From the NCBI RefSeq assembly GCF_009914755.1, contig NC_060937.1: a DNA stretch of 64,000 bases. One strand, written 5' to 3'. Below are positions 35,214 to 49,400 of the stretch, piece after piece. The stretch's first letter is position 1. Every line of letters begins with the position of its first letter. This stretch comes from the human T2T-CHM13v2.0 reference genome, Homo sapiens. Made by a program: the position numbers and the translations under genes. The notes under the pieces were generated by a model that did not search any database, was not told the origin of the DNA, and saw nothing but the letters and a program-made list of their open reading frames with translations.

Positions 35214-35368
35214 AATGGGATGTTCTTTATGAATAATAAAAGAGTCAGAAGAAAGCAAGAGGTGTGGCCCTTCCTAGAAAAGTGAGAACCCTGATTAAAA
35301 TGAAGTCATCTTAGTGCAGGGAAAAGAACAAGCCTGCTTTTTTAAGGCTGTGTGTGTGTGTGTGTGTG

Positions 35369-35860
35369 TTGACAAAGATTCTCTCCTCAAGCAAGCAAAC
35401 TCTAGTTAGGCTTTTCTGAACTCTCTTCTCAACTGGGTCCTGAATTTTGCGCTTCTGTGTTTTCTGCATGGTCCCAAATCCTGCTATGTCAATTTAGCCA
35501 GAACCCTCCACCCTCTATATCTGATCACTGTCAATATCTCATCAGGTTCCTCATCCTCCACCATCTCCCCGGTGATTGATCACTTTAGCCTGCCTTCAGT
35601 GAGAATCCTATTAGGTCAGTTTAACCAGAATCCCCCTTCACCCCTAATGTTTCCTCTTAGTAATTTGTACCCAATGACCTCTAGCCTGTTTCTTGACTGT
35701 AAGTCTCTACTTTTCCTTACCGTATTGCAAGTTGAGCCTGCCCTCTCTCTCCTGCTGCAAAACCCTATTGCAGTGCTCCCTACTCTTATGGTGATGGCCC
35801 TGAATAAAATCTGCCTTACTGCACTTTAACAAGGGAATGAGTAATTTTTTTGCTTAAAAA
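35369..35860 (+). mobile_element. MER31-like ERV1 LTR preceded by (TG)n
   Basis: tgacaaagattctctcct...gtcagtttaaccagaatccccc...gaataaaatctgccttac. Confidence 0.75.
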
Positions 35861-36565
35861 TATGGGTATATCATTTTTAAAAACACAACACAGAGAATAT
35901 AGCTTTTTTTCACTTGCAGCTCCAAAAAGTGCACATCTCAGGGGTGAGTTTATTTTATATTTTGCACAAACAGACATTCAGAGAGAGCTTTTTGGAAACC
36001 ACCACTACTAACCACTGGAATAGCTACTATGTCAGACCCCTCATCACTGGATTTAAAACAAAACAAAATAAAACAAAACCATCCTGCTCTTCCTGGTTCT
36101 GTGGAAACTGTGGGAAAAGCATTTGCGGATCTTGATACAGAAAGATGATCAATTACCCTGTAGAAGCTATTTTCTTTCCATTCGATCTGTGAGTGAGGAT
36201 CTCATTGGCCAGAACAATGACTGTGACTGTTGCAGGGTTTCATTGAGTCAGACCTCAATGATAGTGAAACTACCTTGGCTACGGTATTTACAGAAGGTGG
36301 AGACACATGTGATAAACAAATTTACAGAGACACACCTAATAACAGGAAGAAAGACCAGGGGAGGAAAAGGCACTTTGCTTTGTGAATTGTTCTCAAAGAA
36401 CTGCTGGGAGCTGGAGGCTTGACTTTCTAGGCCCTTTGTACAGTGATGTGTTTTACAAAAAATAAATGTAGTTGCTAAATGATTGAGCTCTGAAAATCAA
36501 GCTTTAAGTATCAAGAATGCCTTTTGCTTGATGACTTCTTGGCCATTTGTACGTTTAACTATATA

Positions 36566-36772
36566 TAGAGTTGCAAGATAAAATAGGGGACATCCAGTCA
36601 ATTTGAATTGGATTAAATAACAACAATCATTTTTTAGAATAGGCATGCCACAAATATTGCATTGAACATACTCAATGCTTGGAACACACTTATTCTAAAA
36701 GAAGGTGTTGTTTATCTGAAATTCGAATTTAACTGGACAACTTGTATTTTCATTTGCTAAATCTCACAATGT
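36566..36772. mobile_element. MER53 palindromic hAT MITE
   Basis: tagagttgcaagataaaatag...ttgtttatctgaaattcgaatttaactgg...tttgctaaatct; imperfect long inverted repeat. Confidence 0.8.
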
Positions 36773-36899
36773 TAACTGCGTATCGTTTTCATTTTTCTTT
36801 CCGTCAAGGAAGTTCTTGCTGCATCCTGTGAACTGCTGGAACTTGCTGATTGCACTTCATAGACAATTCCCCAAAGCCTGCATTTGCAAAGCTGGCCTT

Positions 36900-38800
36900 T
36901 TCCATTTGGAACACTCCTAGCAGCTACCAGTGCCACCCTCCCCACAGCCTCTCTGGCAAAGTATGCTGGGGAACTTGGGGATTTTTGCTAAGCTGATTAG
37001 TTAGATATTGTGCATCTCAGTGTAGTTTCAATTACTATTTTTCATATTATGAGTGAGTTTGTGCATTTTTTCATATGTTTAAGGGTTATTCACACTGGTT
37101 TTTCTATGAGCGGTCTATATCCTTTGCCCGCTTCTTTTTCTAAGTTTCTTGTTTTTTTATCCATTTTGGGGAGCTCTTTTATATTAGGAAATCCATCCTT
37201 TGTCTTGAATATAACTGAACATATTTTTCCTTGGTGTTTATATTGAAATCACTATATCTTTTGACAATTGATACTTGCCTTTTCTTTGTCCTGTGAATTT
37301 GTCATATGCTGAGAGATGAATTAAAGTCTCTTTCTACCGCTGGGTTGTGTCTGTTTCTCCTTGTGTCTCCTAGAATCTCTTGGTGAATACTGCTGGTGGG
37401 GTATTCAGTGCATTAAAAACCACCCTTCATGTCACATTTAATGGTTTGGGGCCCGGATTTTACTCAGTCTGATCTTTATATGGAGACCACAGCTTTCTTC
37501 TTGCTTGCATGTGCTTGGGTGTACTTGGCCCATCTTTTAATTTTCAGTGGAATGGAATTGCTTTTGTGGTGCATGTCTCTTGTGCATAGCATAGGGTTGC
37601 ATTTTGCTTTGTGTTCATATCTGAAGACCTTTTCCTTTTAATAGGTGAGTTAATCCTATTTTCACTTAAGGATTAACAGAAATGTTTGATATTAGCTCTT
37701 TCACATTGTTTTGTGCTGTATTTCAGTTTTTAGGGTAGTTCTAAAAAGTCTTTCATTATATAATCTGCCCTCTTTGCTTTTTGTGTAGAGTCCTTATATT
37801 TAAAGTATGTATTTGGTTTTATTGGCTACTTTGATAAATCTAATATTGCACATACTTTACTCCTTCATTTTTTTAAAATAGCAATGATGATATTCGAATT
37901 TTCCCCCTCCCTTTATTCTATAAGCTGCTTTTAATCAATGATGCTGTATTTCTCAGTTTCTACATCTGAGTAGTGTAATCTGCTTCACACCTCTACTACT
38001 TGATGTATCATCCTTAAAGTGCCCCGTCCACTGCCAGCAATTGGTGTGGATTGACTCTACCTCCCGCTCTCTTCCCCTCCTCAAGTTTGTCAGTTGTGTC
38101 ATCTCTACATCATCAGCACATATGACATTTACGTTCTTCTCTTTAACCTTCATCACCACATTAGAGTCAGTAATTCTGTTGAGATTTTAGTCAGCTGACG
38201 TTCTTGCTCTGAGAGTTCCTCAAGAGCACGTCATGGGAGGTCATCAATTTCAAATCTATGAACTTTTGTATTTGAAGGCAGCTTGGTTGGATATAAAATC
38301 CATGAGTCATAAGTTTTCTGTTCTTGCTGTTTGTTTTTTTAATCTTAGGGTTACTGCTCCATTGTCTTCTGGTTTTGAATATCGCTGTGAAGAAATCAGA
38401 AGCCAGACTGATCCTTTTACCTACCTGCCCAACGGAGTCTTTCTTTATTTTTGTGGTCAGATAACTTTATTAGGATATGTAGCTGTGTTGATGATTCTCG
38501 TCAGTTTCCTGGACATAGTGGGAGACTTTTTTTTTTCACTTAAATTACATCTTCTTTAATGTGAGGAAAGTTTTTAAATTATTAAAATGTTCTATACTAT
38601 TATTGTTATTATTGATAATGTTATTAAAAGTGGGAAGATTCTGTGAGTACACTTTTTTTTCAGTCTTTCATCTTCTCTTGAGTCCTATTAAACTTTTAAT
38701 TTCCATTTCAATTGCATGTTTTTCTCATTTCTGTCTTCTACTTCTCTTATATGTTCTCAACAGTATCTCTTATCCCTTGCTTGCCTTCCTATTTATCTTC
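36900..38800 (-). mobile_element. Degenerate L1ME/L1M fragments
   Basis: T-rich; tgagtttgtgcattttttcatatgtttaaggg and ttttaataggtgagttaatcctatttt are typical antisense old L1. Confidence 0.6.
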
Positions 38801-38863
38801 ATTTCTGTATAATTTTTCCTTTTATTTTTGTTTTGCTTTATTTTGTTTTGTCTTGCCATTTCT

Positions 38864-39144
38864 TTTTTTGTTTGAGACAGAGTCTCGCTCTGTCGCAAGG
38901 CTGGAGTGCAGTGGCACGATCTTGGCTCACTGCAACCTCTGACTCCCTGATTCAAGCAATTCTCCTGCCTTAGCCTCCCGAGTAGCTGGGAATGCAGGCA
39001 CGCAACACCACACCCAGCTAATTTTTAGTAGAGATGGGGTTTTACCATGTTGGCCAGGATGGTCTTGATCTTCTGACCTTGTGATCCACCTGCCTTGGCC
39101 TTCCAAAGTGCTGGGATTACAGGCGTGAGCCACCGTGCCCTGTC
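38864..39144 (-). mobile_element. Alu (AluSc-like) with 15-bp TSD
   Basis: TSD TGTCTTGCCATTTCT on both sides. Confidence 0.96.
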
Positions 39145-39779
39145 TGTCTTGCCATTTCTCACTTGAGTTTTTGTGTTTCTCTTATGTGGCCTTACTTCAT
39201 AGAGGCTTTTTTTTTTTAATCAGACTGTCTTTTTAAAGAATGAGAATGCTCGTTAGTTACCGATATTTAAAAATCTTTGATATATTTTAAGTGAAAAAAG
39301 CAACAGACAGAGCTGTATGTGACTAGTTGTGCAAAAAGAGAAAGAGAACAAAATAGCAATATTCATTTATATATGCATAAAATAATTCTGGAAGAATTTT
39401 CAAGGAGTGGTGACATTGTTGGCATCCAGGTGGGAAAAATGTGTTTGGGAGACACTAGTAAAGGAGAGATTTTTATTGTATGTTCTTTGTAACTTTTGAA
39501 TTTTGAACCATATGAATGTATTGTCACTTCAATTACTAAAAGTAGTTGAAATTACTTTTATACTAAAAGTTGAAGATCATCTGGAAAAATGTGCTAAAAT
39601 ACTGAAGACAAATTTTTAAAATAGGGATTAAATATAATGTTATCAAAATGTCTATTGTTTTATCAGACATTAAAATGTTCCACAGATTTCTAGAGTTAGG
39701 TCATTGTGGATTTAGCCCAAGGTTAGAGAGACAGATGAAAGGATTGGAATAGAAATGGAAGAACTGTCCCTGCCCTAAA

Positions 39780-41850
39780 CAAAGTTCATCCCTTGAACTG
39801 GGTCCAGATCTTAATCACTTCTTTTCCCTGCCTTTATCCCCTCTGATCGGCATGGCTCACTTTATCTTTCACCTGGGGTTTATCAGCGTGCAAACATGCT
39901 AAATTAGCTCCCATTAAAAACAAATGAACAGAAAACCTCCCTGGTTACATATTTTTCCAAGCAGTTCTCCATATACCTATCTCTGTTTTCACTGTTTCTT
40001 AGTCTTTTCCTCATTCTCTTTCAATTCCTCTTCCCGCTGGGAGCCCTACTCCTATGTGACAGCAGCTCTTGTCAGCGTGGCCGGTGACCTCCAGCTCACC
40101 AAGTCCAGGGAACCATATGCAGCCCCAATTTCACTCACCCCTCAGCTGCTTCAACAGGGCATCTCCTTATCGCTTTCTCAAAGCATTTTCTTCTACTGGT
40201 TCCAGCCACTCTCCACTCCCCACTCACTGGTCATTCCTCTGCCTTTTCCCCTGGGCCTCCTCTCATTTCTATATACTCCTTCTCCAAGGAGTTCCTCAAG
40301 GCCCTGCATACTACCTGAACACTGGAGACCCCCATCCCGCTCTCCAAACTTGTATTTCCAGCCCTGAACATTCCCCTGAGTTCGGATTTGTAGAGTTGAC
40401 CCTTGAATAACATGGGCTTAAAACATGTGCATCCACTTCCATTTGAATTTGTTTCCAATAAAAGTTCCATCGAGAGTGCCTGCTTCTCCTGCCTCCCCTT
40501 CTACCTCCTCCACCTCTTTGGCCTCTGCTCCCCCTGAGACAGCAAGACCGGCCCCTCCTCCTCCTCCTTGGCCTACTCAATGTGACAACAATGAGGATGA
40601 AGACCTTTATGTTGCTCCACCTCCATGTAGTGAATAGTAGATATATTTTCTCTTCCTTATGATTTCCTTAATACCATTTTCTTTTCTTTAGCTTAACTTA
40701 TTGTAAGAATACAGTATGTAATACATATAACATAGAAAATACTTGTTAATGGGCTACTTATGTTATCAGTAAGGCTTCTGGTCAACAGTAGACTATTAGT
40801 AAAGTTTTTGGGGAGTCCAAAGTTAGATTTTTCACTGGACAGAGGGTTGGCACCCCTAACCTTCGCAGTGTCCAAGGATCAACTGCATATCCAATCACCT
40901 GCTTAACATTGCCACTTGGATAGATAGGAAGACTTTCAACCTTAACGTGTTCCAAACAAAATTTGTTGTTCTTAACTGGAACTTCCCATACCCCCAGTTT
41001 TTCCACCTAAGTGAATGGCACGACCATTCACCCCATTATTTAAACCATCTCCAAATTTCCTTCCATTGCCAAATTTCTTCCTTATGTTCAATACATTAGC
41101 TGGTTTGGACAGCTCTCGGTTAACTATACACTAGAGCTGATCCCATCTCACCGTCTTTGTAACCCCAGCCTAGTCTCCTACACCCGTCCAAGTGCTTCTC
41201 ACCTGGCCTTTCTCATCCTGTCCCTGCCTCACGAATGCCAGTTCTTTGCACATAGCAACAAAAGTGCTTGTTTAATCAATGTGAACCAGACTACACTCCT
41301 TAGCAAACAAGTCTTCGTTAGCTTCCCACCAAATATAAAGTAGAATTCAAATACCATTCCTTGGCCCCCAAAGACTCCAACCTAAACCTCTGAACTTTTC
41401 CTCATCTATTTCAGTCCAGCCACAGGGGCCTTTTTGCTCTTCCCCCGGATACCAACCTGTCCCTGCCCCAGGCTCTCTGTGCTTCCTGTTCCTTTACCCC
41501 CATACTTTTGTGGGGTTGACTTCCTCACTCCATCTCAGAACTCCCTGCATTATTCCTATTCCCTCTGCTCTTTTCAGGTGTCTGCCCAAAGACCAACCCT
41601 CACAGAGGCCGTCCTGACCACGCTTGCTCACATGGCTCCTGGCCTTCTCCCACACGGTCACCCTTGTGGCTTGCTGTGGCTTGCTCTTCCTCTTTTTCGG
41701 GAATCACTGTTCATAGTCTGTGCCTACTGCTTAAACAAAAGCTACAAAAGGCAGAGGTCTTGCCCATCGTATTCAGTGCTATATTCCTTGTGCCTAAAAC
41801 AGTCCCTAGAACATAGTATTTGCTCAACAAAAATGGTTGAATGAATGAAT
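39780..41850 (+). mobile_element. L2 LINE interrupted by Tigger2-type element
   Basis: C/T-rich L2 body ending agaacatagtatttgctcaacaaaaatggttgaatgaatgaat. Confidence 0.7.
40393..40885. mobile_element. Tigger2a-like (TcMar) non-autonomous transposon
   Basis: TIRs gagttgacccttgaataac / gtccaaggatcaactg; internal cctgagacagcaagacc...gaggatgaagacctttatg; TA/CA flanks. Confidence 0.9.
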
Positions 41851-42336
41851 GAAAATTCAAAAACAAACCCAAGTTCACATAAACTTTGAATACATAATAA
41901 ATATGACATTATACCATTATACACTAGTGGATAAATAATTGATATTTATTTATTGATATTGACATAATTTGCTAACAACCATTTGGGGAAAAATAAGTTT
42001 CATTTCCCACCTGTTTGTATTTAGATAAATAAGCAAATAAATTCCAGGTGAAATGGTTTTAAACTTACATTTTTATGTATTGCACACCCTGGTACAAATT
42101 TGCTTTTTGATCTAACTTTAAGTATTTGTTTTTTTTTTCATATTTTAAATAGTTAAATGTAAAAATAAAACTATGCTTGTGGTTTGATATTTTATGTTTC
42201 CATATGTATTGAATAATTGTTTAAACATGACCCTGAAGAAAAAACAAGAGAAAGTATTACTAAATTTTAAGAAATAACAACCTAAATCTTCTTATGGTAA
42301 AAATTTTTAGAAATAATGTTTAAAGCAAAATGACCC

Positions 42337-42699
<363 letters not shown>

Positions 42700-44363
42700 T
42701 TATTGAACTGTTTTCCTTTAGTAATACTATTTATTCATCCAATAAAAATGTATGTGATTTGCACTGTGCTAGATCCTCTAGACGACGCAATGATGAAGGA
42801 TAAGATGCCTGTCCTCACAAGATTTTATATTTGTGGAGTTCTGTTTTTGGGTTACAGTTGGAGGATCTCAAAGTCCTTGTTCAAGTTCACCCTCTTTTCA
42901 AAAAAACAAAAGAAAGATTACAATATTTTGTCTCCAACTTCCTGGAAGCTATCTCTGCTACATCCCTTCTCATGCCAATCCTATGAGCAGCACCCCTAAA
43001 ACAAATGCCACGGATTCATCAATGCTTTCTAATGTTGCAGAATGGGGTGGGGGTTTGCAGCCGGCCTGGAGGCTGGGGACTGGTGGTCAGAGAAGTGCAC
43101 AAAGCCTCTGAGCAGGAGTGGTAGGGGCAGCAGCCTCTGAAAGCTGACAGTCTTGTCCTCTAAAGCCTGGCTTGTGGTAGGGAGTATGGCTTTAAAGATT
43201 CAGCTGCATGATTGACGTCTGAAGGTTGGAGCAAAATCAGATACTATCCAGAAATTTAAGTCCACAATTTTCTTATTTGTTTAGATGACTAGGGACTCCA
43301 GCTTATTTTAAATAACCAGCTTCCATTGCTTAAGTTTGTTTCATAAAAGTTGCTTCCACTCGATAATGACAGGATTAAGATGCAAAGTCATGCATGCTTA
43401 GAGCCCATTTATATCTATGGCGAAAGCTATGATGATTTTTATCTAAACAGGCTGTATATCATGCTGAGCACTCCTATTGCCAAAAATCTGAGATCACTTT
43501 ATTTCAAATGTAGTGCTCGTTGGTTGGTCTCTGAATCTCTGCAGTGTGTGTGGGTGGGTGTGAACGAGGATATAGATGAGCTTGTGCATGCTTTTGTGTG
43601 CATTTATTTGGAAAAACTTAGGGGTTGGATGAAAGCAAAACTTTTTCTCAGATGAGAAGGAATTCAGTTTAATTGCTGGATTACCCAGTCTCTTTTCCCA
43701 TTTTTCCACAATTAAAATGTATTATAGAGACTTTTGTTTAAACACAGCACATTGAACGTATGTAATTTACAATTTCCATACCTTCTCTAATCTTCAACAG
43801 AAATAACAGAAAAGTAATTTTAATAAAAGTATAAACAATAAACACAAAAACACAAAGAATATGAGGAAGGACAATGTCAGATGAATGACAAATTCAGAGC
43901 ATTTCTAGATGGTGGAAAGTAGAAGCAAAATGGCAACTAGCTGAGTTGGGAGAGTGGGAGATCTAGAATCGAAGTCTTTCTAGAAGGGGACAGCAAGAAG
44001 AAGTGAGAAAGTAAAGCATCGAGGGTGGAGGAGGCAGGACAGGATGGTCTGGAAGGAGGAGGAACCCTGGCATCTGTGCACAGAGCAGTCACATTGCTGG
44101 CCTGCCCTTTGACACCCAGGAGCAGGCGGCCAGGCCTCCAGATGTCTGCAGGAGCCTGGCTGCATTCTCGAGGCCAGGAGGAGCTGGGCTCCCAGGCACC
44201 AGGCCCAGTGGAAGGAGTGAGGGAGGAAACAGGAAAGATGGAACGAATATCTTACCATGGAAATATGAATAAATTGTTATATTACAACCAAATGTAGTTT
44301 TTTCCGTATGTAATATTTTTGGATCAAGGAATGAGGTGTTTGCTTTCATTTTATGCAAAGGAC

Positions 44364-44374
44364 GTGTGATGTTT

Positions 44375-44409
<35 letters not shown>

Positions 44410-44607
44410 TGTGATTGGCGTATGTGTGTTGTGTGCATTGTATGGGTTGTATGTGTATGATGTGTGTGCATGTCGTGCTGCGTGTGTTGTGCTGTGTGTG
44501 TGGTGTGATAGTTGTGTGCATTCTGCTGCATGTTGTGCGTGATGTGTGTGTTGTACTGTGTGTTGTGTGTGTTTGGTGTGTGCAGTGTGTGTGTGAGGGT
44601 GTGTGTA
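44364..44607. repeat. (TG)n with long degenerate TG-rich extension
   Basis: About 16 perfect TG units followed by ~200 nt of imperfect TG/TGTTG/TGCA repeats. Confidence 0.95.
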
Positions 44608-45234
44608 GCATCTAAACCTTGCCACACTATCTCTCACAGGCCTTCCACAAGGCCTTCTTTTCACTTCAGTTGGTCTAATTGTTCCTAAATACCCTGCCCA
44701 CCGTCTCACTTTCTCACCGTGGCTCTCAGCTGCGACGCGCTCTCCACTCCCTCTCCTCCGACACACCTGTCAGGGATCCAGACTCACGCCTACTCCCTCC
44801 ACTGAGTCTTCTGGCACCTCAGCCCTCCGGTATCTTCTGGACCTTAGCCTGGACTTCTCTGGCATGCAGCATACACTCCCTTGAGAGTTGCTTTAGTTTA
44901 AGTAAATGTATTTTCTGTCCAAGTCGAACTTGCGTTCTACTTTTTATTTTTGTTGTATTTAAACTCACTTTTCTATCAGAAGGTGAGGCAAGCTGGTTCT
45001 ATCTAACTGTGCAGTGAGTGGGCTGAGGAAGAGGCTGGGAGGCAGTGCCCTCTGTCTGCAAATGGCCTGGCTGACTCCTCATGGTGGGTGCTGCAGTTTT
45101 ATTTCCATCCTCCCTGGTATGGACTCAGTATTTACTCCTGCACATTTGGTGCTGGTCTAAGATTTTGCTTCATGGAGCCCACATGCTTTTTTAGCCAACA
45201 GGAGCCTTCAACAGATGAGTTATTTTTTCCTTTG

Positions 45235-45600
45235 TGGTTTTATTTTGAAATGATTTTAGGCGTACGGAAGAGTTGTGAGGATACTACATAGAATTCCTTC
45301 ATACCTTCACCCAGCTTCCCCGAAAGCTAACATCTCACAGGACTCCATTATATGCATCAAAACTCATAACTCAACACTGGCACAGTACTGGTAACTAAAA
45401 CACAAACCTTATTTAGATTTTTTTTTTTTTTTGCTAATTTCTCCTGTTTTTCTACCAATGTCCTTTATCTGTTTTAGGATCCCACAAGTCTCCTTATATC
45501 TCCTTCAATCGGTGGCATTTTCTCTGTCTTTCCTTGTCTCTCATGACCTTGCCACTTGAGAAGTCCTCATTTCCTGACTTCTCCTTCCCCAGTACTTGGT
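45235..45600 (-). mobile_element. L1MB/MC 3'-end fragment
   Basis: ttttgaaatgattttagg...ataccttcacccagcttcccc. Confidence 0.7.
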
Positions 45601-45619
45601 CTTGTTAGCTGTGTTTGTG

Positions 45620-46122
45620 ACCGTGCTGAGGCTGAAACACACGCAGTGGAGGCAGCTGTGTGGCCACAGAGGCAGAGGAGGGAGTGAAGCCGCCTCAGGC
45701 AGGGAACGCCCGGAGCCACTGGAAGCTGGAAGAGGCAGGAAGGGTTTTCCCCAGAGGCTTCAGAGGCAATGTAGCCCAACTCAAGCCTGCTGCAGACTTC
45801 TGGCCTCCAGAAATCTGTTTTTTTTGTGGTTTGAATCATGGCTCACTGCAGCCTTGAATTCTTGGGTTCAAGCAATTCCTCTCAAGTCAGCCTCTCAAGT
45901 TGCTGGGACTACAAGCACATGCCACCACACCTGGCATATATTTTTTTTTTTTTTTTGTAGAGACAGAATCTCTCTATGTTGCCCAGGATGGTCTTGAACT
46001 CTTGGCCTCAAGCAATCCTCTTGCCTCAGCCTCCTAAAGTGTTGGGACTGTAGGCGTAGATACCTGTTTCCTGAAGCCATCCCATTTGTGGTAACTATTA
46101 CAGCAGCCACAGAAAACTCATA
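45620..46122 (+). mobile_element. MLT1C/D LTR 3' part interrupted by an antisense AluJ fragment (~45835-46060)
   Basis: ggaagctggaagaggcaggaagg...gacttctggcctccagaa, then Alu, then tttgtggtaactattacagcagccacagaaaactcataca. Confidence 0.75.
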
Positions 46123-46948
46123 CAGGCTCCCATAGGAAATATTTAACTTTCCCAATCACTCTGAGCACCTGGTTTTTCAAGAGTCCACTCAACACGTTCT
46201 TTGTGGAGATCCAAGTGCCCCTCCAGGCCATCCTCCTGGCTGGGAGTACCATGGCTCCAAGTCAACTCTCCCCCTGCACAACCCAGCTCTGGCTACAAGG
46301 ATGTTTATCCTGCCAAACTCTGAACCAGCCCTGCAGGAGTTCTCCTTCACTCCACTGCTGAAGAGCTGGGAGTCCAGATTTGTACTTGCAATTTTCCAGG
46401 CAGGGGTAAACGTGAGTCCGCTGTGTCTCTACTAGGTAATCTCCAGTTGCCTCTCTCCTTGACCAGGAAGGCTGGCCATGGGGACGCGTCATACAGGCTC
46501 CCTTGCCCTCTAGCTGCCTGCAGGGTTCAGCCAAGGGGAAGGCCCTACAGGAGGAGAGTGGCTGCGTGCTTATGCCTCATGTTCCCTGCTCAGCAGTGTC
46601 TGTATTTCTCAATGGCAGGCCCTCGCCCTGTCAGGTGCCTTCACCAGCAGATCCAGCAGTGCTGATCTCCACTAATCACTTCTTCTCCTCACCCCTGCAG
46701 AGTAAAATGGTGCTGTGCTTGGCTCTTCATTGCTTCTTATTGCTTTCTCTTAACTCCGATCTCACCTTTCTGTCTCCTTAGACTCTCGACAATCACCCAT
46801 TTTATTTGTGCTGTCTCTTTCCTGCCAGGACCCTGAGCAACTCAACACCCCTCTAATTATAAGGGGCACCCTCTAGCTCTCTACTGGCACTGTTGAATGT
46901 TCACAGATTCCAACTTGGGGGGGTAGTTTTAAAAACATTTATAGCATG

Positions 46949-47339
46949 TGTTGTGAGCTAAATTGTATCTCTCCAAGAATCATATGTTAAAGTTCTAACC
47001 CTCCATGTCCTGAGTGTGACTGTATTTGAAGACAAGACCTTTAAAGAGGTAAGGAAGGTAAAATAAGGTCATGTGGGTGAGCCCTCATCTGATATGACTG
47101 GTGTCCTTATAAGAAGAGGAGACCATGACACATATGTACACAGAGAGAAGACCATGTGAAGACAAAGAGAAAGCAGCTGGCCATCAGTAAGCCAAGGAGG
47201 GAGGCTTCAGAAGAAACTGAACCTGCCGACACCTTGACCTTGGACTTCTAGTCCCCAGAACGGTGAGAAAATAAATGCCCATTGTGTAAGACCCCCAGGC
47301 AGTGGTACATTGTTAAGGCAGCCTTAGCAAACTAATACA
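46949..47339 (+). mobile_element. MLT1B-like LTR
   Basis: tgttgtgagctaaattgt...gcagccttagcaaactaataca; TSD gcatg/gcata. Confidence 0.85.
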
Positions 47340-47707
47340 GCATATCAACAGCTTTTTTTCCCAAGGCAATTTTCCCCAGAAGATGGTATAATACAATAGA
47401 ATTGAAAGAAACATATCTGATTCCAACAGTCCACCTCTTTCATACCAGCAGTGCAAGGTAAGTGGCACAAGAGCTGTTTAACTGGGTTCTGTCCAGTTCC
47501 TTTTGCTTGAGAGTTTTTGTTTATTAGCACTTCCTTTGGATTGTAGCATCTGTGTAATAGGATCTCCTATTAGATCTGTAAAATAGGATCTCCTAAGGGA
47601 TCCTATTTTCTCTTTGTTTTCTAAGTTTTCCTTAGCTGCTTTATTGTTTTCTCACTTAATAAATGATAAGATAAATTATTTTAAAAAATTGAATGAGTAA
47701 CGAATAC

Positions 47708-48058
47708 TGCATTACTCTGTTTTCATGCTGTTAATAAAGATATACCTGAGACTGGGCAATTTACTAAAGAAAGAGGTTTAATTGGACTTACAGTTCCATA
47801 TGGCTGGGGAGGCCTCACAATCATGGCAGAAGGCAAGGGAGAGCAAGTCACATCTTACGTGGGTGGTGACAGACAAAGAGAGAGCTTGTGCAAGAAAGCT
47901 CCCTCTTGTAATAACCATCAGATCTCATGAGACTTACTATCACGACAATAGCACAGGAGGGACCTGCCCCCATGATTCAATACCTCCCATCAGGTCCCTC
48001 CCACAACACGTGGGAATTCACGATGAGATTTAGGTGGGGACACAGCCAAACCACATCA
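47708..48058 (-). mobile_element. THE1B-like solo LTR
   Basis: tgcattactctgttttcatgctg...gggacacagccaaaccacatca; TSD AATAC. Confidence 0.92.
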
Positions 48059-49124
48059 AATACAAATTAGTGAAATGAAATTAGGCTATTGACTGATAGC
48101 TTGTCTTTTTCCCACTTTTACCCCCTCTCCTTAGGTCTTTGTCACTTATCTTAGTACAAAGTAAAGGAAGTTAATATATAAAGTTTAGTAAAGTTTTAAA
48201 GCATTGCAACACTTTTTTCTTTTCACCATTGAAGTTGATCTACATTAGCCAAAACCAATAGAATAAGTCAAACAGAAAGCCAATTTAAGTGTCATTTCTA
48301 CTTTAGGGCTGATTACTCAGTCTCATTTACTTGGTAGTGTCTGAGAGTTGAATGGTTTTGAAGGGAGTGACTCTCCTGCCTTCTCTTTCTCCTTCCACCC
48401 TGCTCTATTTAATGATCAGTTAGCCCTCTGCTTCCTCACTCCTTGGCTCCTTTTTGATGACATCATCCGAAACTACAATCTTTATACTAGACTTGTGTGT
48501 TAATGATTCTTAAGTCCCACAAGCAGCCCCAAACTCCCGAGATCCAGCATCTGTGTATCACACTGCCCACTGAGCATCTTCATTCATGTGTCCTCCAAGC
48601 CCCTCAAACTCACCCTGGCCCAAAGGAGAGTCTTCATTTTCAATGTCTCCCCAAACCTGCGCACGCAGTTTTCTATTATTGCTCTTGATCTCAGCCACCA
48701 GAACCCTAATCTCCCCAAGCCCATGAAGGTCATCCTGTGCTTCTCCCCACATTTAACATTTTATTACTCATCGAGGCTTATACATATCACTTATTTAACA
48801 TCTGATACTAAGTTATTGAATGTTAAAAAAGTGTCACTCTCATTAGCAATCACATACAAATCAACCAAGAAAGAAAGAACATTTGTCAGCTGGTTAGAAA
48901 ACATGTAAAAGATAATACCCAATGTGGTTAAGAGTCAAAGGAAATGAACATTTTTATATGCAGCTAGTGGGAAGGAAAAACTTTTGCTGGGCAATCTGCC
49001 AAAGTGCACTAGAAGTCTTTAAAAATGCATTCCCTTTAACTCAGTAACTTCACTTCAAGAAACTTACCCCTAGGAAATAAACTGGCAAATATATAGCTAT
49101 TTAACTATGCTTCAGCTTCACTAC

Positions 49125-49400
49125 TTTTCTTTTTTTTTTTTTCTGAGATGGAGTCTAGCTCTCTTGCCCAGGTTGGAGTGCAGTGGCATGATCTTGGCTC
49201 ACTGCAATCTCCGCCTCCTGGGTTCAAGTGATTCTCCTGTCTCACCCCCTCCCCGCACCAAGTAGCTGGAATTACAGTTGCCCGCCACCATGTCTGACTC
49301 ATTTTTGTATTTTTAGTAGAGACAGGGTTTCACCATGTTGGCCAGGCTAGTCTCAAACTCTTGATCACCTTGACCTCAGGTGATCTGCCTGCCTGGGCCT
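49125..49400 (-). mobile_element. Alu, 5'-truncated, within L1ME fragment
   Basis: Poly-T, gagatggagtct...tgatctgcctgcctgggcct; cttcactac/ccttactac flanks. Confidence 0.92.

Noticed and set aside
36566-36772. Long hairpin as a possible miRNA or structured ncRNA
   Set aside because: Explained by the palindromic MER53 MITE; the arms are heavily mismatched and there is no expression evidence.
44089-44766. 225-aa His/Thr-rich ORF and overlapping Cys/Val-rich ORFs
   Set aside because: Translation of the (TG/CA)n tract; no coding features.
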